From a virus: a stretch of 64,000 nucleotides of DNA. Shown here piece after piece: positions 58,353-64,000 of the stretch. Below the pieces are notes generated by a model. That model saw only the letters and a program-made list of their open reading frames with translations. It did no database searches and was not told the DNA's origin. Position numbers and translations under genes: made by a program. Within the stretch, counting starts at the first letter, position 1. Each line of letters opens with the position of its first letter. Where the stretch lies: positions 1 through 64,000 of the IMG/VR virus record IMGVR_UViG_3300034418_008158; one strand, 5' to 3'.

Positions 58353-59810
58353 ATGGCAACTCTTGGAAGTAGATTAATTACAAAGGAAATGGAATGGAGT
58401 GCTAACATGACAGAGCAATCCCACTTGGGAAGAGCTTTGCTTGCCAAGCCCCACAAATTCCTAGACAAGATGGATCAGTTATTTTCTGCATCAAACTACT
58501 ACTCTGACAATCCAATGTCAAGTATGTTGATGGGTAACAAGAAAACTGAAGAAACCATTGCAGCTACAGAATGGGAATGGGATTTGAAAGGAGCTAACAC
58601 TAGACCACTTGTAGTGGTAGAGAATGTTGTTCCTGTTTCAGATACAACCCCAGGCGCATTTCGTAGAAATTTTAAAATCAAATTGGATGAAAACTGGTAC
58701 GTAGCTGGTGATGTTATCACTCCTGGTACATCAAGCAAAAGATACCAGTGTAGAATTATGGAAGAGCCACGAAGACATGGTGATGGATGGTTATATACTG
58801 TTCGATTAATGTCTGATGACAGTTCTTTTTCTTTACCTGTAACTTACTTAACTCCTGGAACTCAGTGGGCTAAGTTGTTCTCACAGTACGAAGAAGCTGC
58901 TGAACAGTCAGGTTCTACTCAGTACAGCTTACCAATCTCTCTTAGAAATAAGATGGGTAAATTCCGTAAGAAGTACAAAGTAACTGACTATGCTTCAACT
59001 GAAGTACTTGCAGTAAAAGTACCTGATTCAAAAGGAGCTTTTCACGATTCTTGGATTCGTTACGCTGAAGTTGAATATTGGCAACAGTGGTACAGAGAAT
59101 TAGAAAGAGGATATTGGTATTCTCGTTCTACTGATACTGTAATTGGAGCCAATGGAAGACCTGTTAGATCAGGCCCAGGTATTCAAGAGCAACTTGAAGA
59201 CTCACACATCCACCGTTATTCTCACTTGACTACTAAACTTATTGAGGAGTATCTTATGGATATTTTTTACTCAAGAGTTAAGCCAGGTCAAGGAAGAAGT
59301 ATCAAAGGCTTTACTGGTGAATATGGAATGTTACAATTCCACAGAGCTATCCAAAATTGGGTAAACAGTTCAGGGTTCATTAAGAACGTTGAGGTTTATA
59401 CTAATAAGGTTAAATCTGAGTACCACTCAAATGCACTAGAAGCAGGAATGCAGTATGTAAGATACAACATGGCTAATGGTTCAAGCTTAGAGCTTATCCA
59501 TAACCCATTGTATGATGACAGAGAGATCAACTTTGAGATTGATCCTGTAACAGGTTTCCCTGTTGAGTCACAACGTATCACTTTCATGGACTTCTCTGGT
59601 GATGGAAACAAATCAAACATCAAACTTATCAATAAGAAAGATGGTTTTGCTTTCACTTACATTGAAGGTCTTTATGGCCCATATGGCCCTAAGAATGGAG
59701 GTAGCTCTGCACACTCTGGTTCTTACTATGAGATGCACGTTGAGAAGTCTTGTGGACTTCATATACAAGACATCACTAAATGTGGTGAATTGATCTTATC
59801 TCGAAATTAA
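58353..59810 (+). CDS. Major capsid protein
   Basis: 485 aa in portal-scaffold-MCP synteny; SGPGIQEQL and HNPLYDD motifs; hairpin after stop. Confidence 0.85.
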   Translation: MATLGSRLITKEMEWSANMTEQSHLGRALLAKPHKFLDKMDQLFSASNYYSDNPMSSMLMGNKKTEETIAATEWEWDLKGANTRPLVVVENVVPVSDTTPGAFRRNFKIKLDENWYVAGDVITPGTSSKRYQCRIMEEPRRHGDGWLYTVRLMSDDSSFSLPVTYLTPGTQWAKLFSQYEEAAEQSGSTQYSLPISLRNKMGKFRKKYKVTDYASTEVLAVKVPDSKGAFHDSWIRYAEVEYWQQWYRELERGYWYSRSTDTVIGANGRPVRSGPGIQEQLEDSHIHRYSHLTTKLIEEYLMDIFYSRVKPGQGRSIKGFTGEYGMLQFHRAIQNWVNSSGFIKNVEVYTNKVKSEYHSNALEAGMQYVRYNMANGSSLELIHNPLYDDREINFEIDPVTGFPVESQRITFMDFSGDGNKSNIKLINKKDGFAFTYIEGLYGPYGPKNGGSSAHSGSYYEMHVEKSCGLHIQDITKCGELILSRN

Positions 59811-59819
59811 TACTTTGGA

Positions 59820-59850
59820 ATGTGGGTAAGTTTTCGTAACTTGCCCACAT
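59820..59850 (+). terminator. Hairpin/terminator after MCP
   Basis: ATGTGGGTAAGTT-TTCGT-AACTTGCCCACAT. Confidence 0.65.
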
Positions 59851-59895
59851 CTAAGTTTTCTGAATTTTTATCATCAAAATCAAAAAAGAAATATT

Positions 59896-60687
59896 ATGAA
59901 AGTAGAAGTAAGGCCAATAGAAAGAAAGACTTGGCATGGAAAAACAGGAGCAGAGAATTTTAAGAGACCAATCAAAATAAAAGCTTTGGTTGATGCTGCC
60001 AATATGGAATATGCTTCAGGATTAAGTCCTGAAGAAGTTGAAAAATATGGCAAACTTTTAAATCAGAATTTAAACCCAAGTTATAATCCTGGAGAACCAC
60101 ATGAATTTTGGGACTCCTCACTTGGTACAATTAGTCTTGAAAATGCAACTATGTTCTTTGATAGTACAAAGACTATGGATTTTATTAAAGTTAGAATTAT
60201 GAAAGCAAGTAAATATGTTGCTAATTCTATGAGTGAGTACGAAAAAGGTTTATGGCCTGAAGCTACTCATGTTATCTTTGATGAATCAGAAGAGGTTGCT
60301 GTTAAGGCGAAGAAAGTAGAACTAAAGAAACAAGCAGTAATTCAATCTGCAAACTTATCAAAGGATAAGAAGATTGAATTAATCTTAATTTTATCTGGTA
60401 AAAATCTAAAAGGTAAGTCAGACAATTTTGTAGAAGTTGAACTTGATAAACTTGTAGATAAACAAGCCAGAGAAGTAGTAAGACACATTGGTATGGATTC
60501 TGAAGATGCAACGCTACATGCTGTTGTTATAGAAGCTTTACAAAAAAGTGTACTTAGAAAAGTAGGACATAAAGTACTTTATCATGACCATGTAATAGGT
60601 AGTGATGAATTAGATGTAGTTGCCTACTTAAAAGACTCAGAAAACCAAGACTTAAAGTTGAGGATTATGAGTGCAATTAATAACTAA
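59896..60687 (+). CDS. Conserved crAss-like protein following MCP
   Basis: 263 aa; synteny. Confidence 0.65.
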   Translation: MKVEVRPIERKTWHGKTGAENFKRPIKIKALVDAANMEYASGLSPEEVEKYGKLLNQNLNPSYNPGEPHEFWDSSLGTISLENATMFFDSTKTMDFIKVRIMKASKYVANSMSEYEKGLWPEATHVIFDESEEVAVKAKKVELKKQAVIQSANLSKDKKIELILILSGKNLKGKSDNFVEVELDKLVDKQAREVVRHIGMDSEDATLHAVVIEALQKSVLRKVGHKVLYHDHVIGSDELDVVAYLKDSENQDLKLRIMSAINN

Positions 60688-61388
60688 TGACTTCAAGAGA
60701 CATGGCTTATGATGTTAAGACGAAACTTAACAAAGTAGATAGCCAACAGTATCGTAACCTTAGAGTACCAGAAATAGATTGGGCTTTAAACGCAGGGCAG
60801 GAAATCTTTATCAAGATGGTAGCTTTCCCTCGTTATGCAACACGCTTAGGTTTTGAAAGAGTTCAAAGAAACACTGACGATATTAGAACTCTTGTAGTAC
60901 CAAGTGGTGATTTAGTTCCAGTGAGTAATGTAGCAACATTGCCTGGAGACTATTGGCATTACCTGGGAGGTACAGTTAAGATGACAAAACAAAACTGTAC
61001 TAATATACAAGCAAACATTAAGATTAGACAACATGATGATGAATTTGAGTCTAGTCCTTTTGATAAATCTTCCTTTGAATGGAGAACTGTTAATGCAGTT
61101 TTTGATGCACAAGGATTGCGTTTTTACACTGATGGTACATTTACTATTGATACTTGCAACTTTGACTATGTTAGGCATCCAGCCTATATTCATAATGCTC
61201 AAGATGTTGTAGGTGGAAATTATAATTTACCTTCGGGTGTGAATCTTACTGGATTTCAAAACTGCGAATTACCAGAGGAGACACATCGAGAAATTGTAGA
61301 TATTGCAGTTTTATTGGTAACGGGTCAATTACAAATTCCTGATTATCAAGTTAAACTACAGAATCTAAATTTAAATAATTTAAACTAA
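60687..61388 (+). CDS. Virion ring/head-tail connector-like protein
   Basis: LNKVDS...PEID..LN..Q and CELPEETHREIVDIAV motifs. Confidence 0.7.
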   Translation: MTSRDMAYDVKTKLNKVDSQQYRNLRVPEIDWALNAGQEIFIKMVAFPRYATRLGFERVQRNTDDIRTLVVPSGDLVPVSNVATLPGDYWHYLGGTVKMTKQNCTNIQANIKIRQHDDEFESSPFDKSSFEWRTVNAVFDAQGLRFYTDGTFTIDTCNFDYVRHPAYIHNAQDVVGGNYNLPSGVNLTGFQNCELPEETHREIVDIAVLLVTGQLQIPDYQVKLQNLNLNNLN

Positions 61389-61395
61389 AAGAATT

Positions 61396-62616
61396 ATGTC
61401 ACAAAACAATGATGTATTCAAAGTCCTGGTTTCAAGTGGGAATCAAGCGATTCTTCCAGCAGGACAAGCCATCAGCACTATAGCTGTTGGTCAAATTGGT
61501 TTCTTCGATGCAGAGACTAACCTCTCTATTCAAACCGCTACTAGAAATTGGTTTCTAGCTGTAGGTTTAGATACAGATGGTGATGCTGTAATGGATGCTG
61601 TTGGGGTATCAGCAGGTCAAAACATCCAAACAAGAAACATTAGAGCAGTAAGCTTTAGAGGCCACACTGCACCTCAGCCTATGATAGTCGAAGTTACTGA
61701 CTACTCTGCTGATTGTGATACTGACTATGCAGTTAAAGTAGAATTCCGTAATCAGGAAATTTACCGAAGACAAGGGTATAATCAGTTCACTAAAACTTAC
61801 ACTGTAAGAACTGCTTGCTGTGAAGATTGTGCAACTTGCCCTAGTGGTGATGCCAATGAAATCACAAGCTTGTTAGTCACTGAAATCGAAAACGATGAAA
61901 GTGGAATCTTAACTGTGGATAGAATTGCAAGACAAACTCTTACAATTGTTACTCATGGTACTGTTGCAGATTACGCTGCTGGTGATGTTATCACTGAAGC
62001 AGATTTAACTGCAATGATTGCTTTTAACGCTGTACAGCCAGATGAAACCACTAAAGTATTTAGTGATCTTCGTTTGACTACTGTTGAGCTTGCAATCAGA
62101 AACTTCTGTAATGTGAACTTGAAATACTACAAGCCACGCCAAACTGTTGCTATCGTTTCTCTAGTAGAAGGATTTGACTGTAATGGCACTGTTACTGTAA
62201 CTCAAGAAGTTGCATATGAAGAAGGTAGTGGATATGACATCAAGCAAAAAGAGTTTCACTCTGGAGGTTGGGATAATAACCCTGGCCCTTACGTATTATC
62301 TGAAGCTACAGGTATGGCTAAAGACATTAACTACAATGCTGTAGCAGCTACTCCTTATGATCAATTTATTTTGACTTATGGACATAGTTACCAAGCAGGG
62401 TGGGCTGAAGGTCAACTTGATGACTTATGTACTATTGTTGCAATCCCTGAAGCTAGTACTGTTACAAGAGATGCCTTTGTTGGTGTTCTTGACTTAATGG
62501 TAGCTGGTTTAGGATTTGATGAACTTACATCTGATGTTGCCGTTGTTAGTGCAGTATCTACTGTTGTTGAACCTACTACTGATTTTGATGATGTTGATAA
62601 TGATGGTATAGCCTAA
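61396..62616 (+). CDS. Virion structural protein
   Basis: 406 aa, acidic and Thr/Val-rich, CCEDCATC; position in the structural block. Confidence 0.65.
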   Translation: MSQNNDVFKVLVSSGNQAILPAGQAISTIAVGQIGFFDAETNLSIQTATRNWFLAVGLDTDGDAVMDAVGVSAGQNIQTRNIRAVSFRGHTAPQPMIVEVTDYSADCDTDYAVKVEFRNQEIYRRQGYNQFTKTYTVRTACCEDCATCPSGDANEITSLLVTEIENDESGILTVDRIARQTLTIVTHGTVADYAAGDVITEADLTAMIAFNAVQPDETTKVFSDLRLTTVELAIRNFCNVNLKYYKPRQTVAIVSLVEGFDCNGTVTVTQEVAYEEGSGYDIKQKEFHSGGWDNNPGPYVLSEATGMAKDINYNAVAATPYDQFILTYGHSYQAGWAEGQLDDLCTIVAIPEASTVTRDAFVGVLDLMVAGLGFDELTSDVAVVSAVSTVVEPTTDFDDVDNDGIA

Positions 62617-62648
62617 AGGCTTGCCATCTTATCTTTTAATCTAATCAA

Positions 62649-63263
62649 ATGATTGTATTAAACAATATAGGACTAAATGGTGATGCTACCTCAATAGAGG
62701 TAGCAATCACTATTCCTTTTGGAGAGAGTTATTCTACTGCAAGGCTTTGGACTTCTGATAAGTATAAAACAACTTCAGGGGCTATTGATATTATATCTTA
62801 CTTCCCAGGAGGGGCTCAGTTTGCTACAAATAATCTTAGCATACCTGTCTCTGCTATTGGTGAGACTACTTTTAATGGTGTTTTTTATATTGAAATCACA
62901 ACTGCAATAGGGGAGCTTGAAGGGTCAACTACTGAGTTTGCAATAAGCAACTTAACAGTTTACAATACTTGTATCTTAGATAAGGTACTTCAGGTTGATA
63001 TTATTAACTGTGTACCTACTGTAACTACGGATTGTCAAAATCTGGTTAGTTCACAAATAACTTTTATAAACACAATGCTTGAAAGTTTAGAGTATGCTCT
63101 ATTACAGGGAGACTTATTATCTGCCCAATACATAGAGTTACAACTACAAAAACTTTGTACAGATGATTGTGGATGTACTCAAACAGAAAATGCTGTATAT
63201 CTAACTGGTACTTATCTCGAAGATGATGTAGTAGTAAGTGGAATATTCCCAATTATACCTTAA
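62649..63263 (+). CDS. Putative virion protein
   Basis: 204 aa; Cys motifs LC.DDCGC. Confidence 0.55.
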   Translation: MIVLNNIGLNGDATSIEVAITIPFGESYSTARLWTSDKYKTTSGAIDIISYFPGGAQFATNNLSIPVSAIGETTFNGVFYIEITTAIGELEGSTTEFAISNLTVYNTCILDKVLQVDIINCVPTVTTDCQNLVSSQITFINTMLESLEYALLQGDLLSAQYIELQLQKLCTDDCGCTQTENAVYLTGTYLEDDVVVSGIFPIIP

Positions 63264-63273
63264 ATAAGTAATA

Positions 63274-63483
63274 ATGGAAACTACCTTAAAAAATGTACTC
63301 TGCGAGATTACAAGGATGAAAATACTTGGATCAAATATTGACTCAGAAGCAATAAATTTCTTATCTTTGTTGAAGAAGTATGAGACCTATATATTAGATA
63401 ATTCTTTGACTGATACTTATGGAGATAAAATAAATAAGCTGATCTTCCAAATGGAAAGTAAATGCTGTAAAATAACTACTTAA
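63274..63483 (+). CDS. Hypothetical protein
   Basis: 69 aa in operon. Confidence 0.5.
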   Translation: METTLKNVLCEITRMKILGSNIDSEAINFLSLLKKYETYILDNSLTDTYGDKINKLIFQMESKCCKITT

Positions 63484-63495
63484 AATAAAACTATT

Positions 63496-64000
63496 ATGAA
63501 TATTAAAAATATGAGCTTATTAGGTAAAATTGATTGGCTCATTAAACAAATTAATGGGCTATCTAATCAAGTCTTTCCTCCTGCTTATTATCCAACAGCA
63601 TCCTTTGCAGGGACAGTATCTACTGTTGGCGGTACTAAAAATGTTGTAGGTGTAGGAACTGCTTTTTCACCAGCACACGTAGATACTAGAGTTATGATTG
63701 AGGGAGAATTACACAGAATAAAGACAGTTACAGATGCCACTAACTTGGCTACTTATGATAATATTGTAGGAACATATAGTGGAGTTCCTATGTTAAAAAA
63801 TGCTCCTCCATTAGTAGTTTATGAAGGTAGAGTTGGTATAGCTAATCCTACTCCTGGAGCTAGTTTAGTATTGGATGTAGTTGGTAATTCACAATTTTCA
63901 GGAAATACTTCCTTTAATGGTGGTGTGGCATTTTTCCTAAGCACAGGTGCATCATTTTTAAATGGTGCTTATACAACATTGATACGAGTTGATGGAACTA
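63496..64000 (+). CDS. Tail fibre/spike-like protein, 3'-truncated by window
   Basis: Open frame to the window end; GTVST..G...VVGVGTAF and GRVGIANPTP...LDV.G motifs typical of fibre proteins. Confidence 0.55.
   Translation, partial: MNIKNMSLLGKIDWLIKQINGLSNQVFPPAYYPTASFAGTVSTVGGTKNVVGVGTAFSPAHVDTRVMIEGELHRIKTVTDATNLATYDNIVGTYSGVPMLKNAPPLVVYEGRVGIANPTPGASLVLDVVGNSQFSGNTSFNGGVAFFLSTGASFLNGAYTTLIRVDGT

Noticed and set aside
1-64000. Stop-codon reassignment as in some crAss-like phages
   Set aside because: Long genes are intact in the standard code, TAG and TGA both end genes, and no suppressor tRNA was seen.

Overview
The window is a large segment of an AT-rich crAss-like phage genome (Crassvirales-type, Bacteroidota host) in the standard genetic code. 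I saw no stop-codon recoding, introns or inteins. (1) 1-11.8 kb, + strand: the 3' part of a giant virion RNA polymerase gene (DYDVD catalytic motif, C-terminal zincin HExxH), a second giant virion protein and membrane proteins. (2) 11.8-36.3 kb, - strand: replication and nucleotide metabolism (class II RNR, GroES, four helicases, family A DNA polymerase, primase, SSB, exonuclease, rIIA/rIIB, macrodomain, divergent UNG, MazG, DUF5664-like). (3) 36.3-47.5 kb, - strand: an early/accessory region of promoter-gene-terminator cassettes marked by a repeated 20-bp motif (minus strand CTTCAAAACCCCCACTAATT). It holds a tmRNA with an unusually long tag, tRNA-Arg(UCU), several ORF-free structured segments including one of about 1.24 kb, and secreted proteins including one with a T9SS-type tail. 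(4) 47.6-64 kb, + strand: late genes with Bacteroidota sigma-type promoters (IHF/HU-like, terminase, portal, scaffold, major capsid, virion proteins). The best novelty candidate is the ~1.24 kb structured non-coding RNA under its own phage promoter, with the cluster of unexplained structured RNAs around the tmRNA. All assignments come from manual motif reading; no searches were run.
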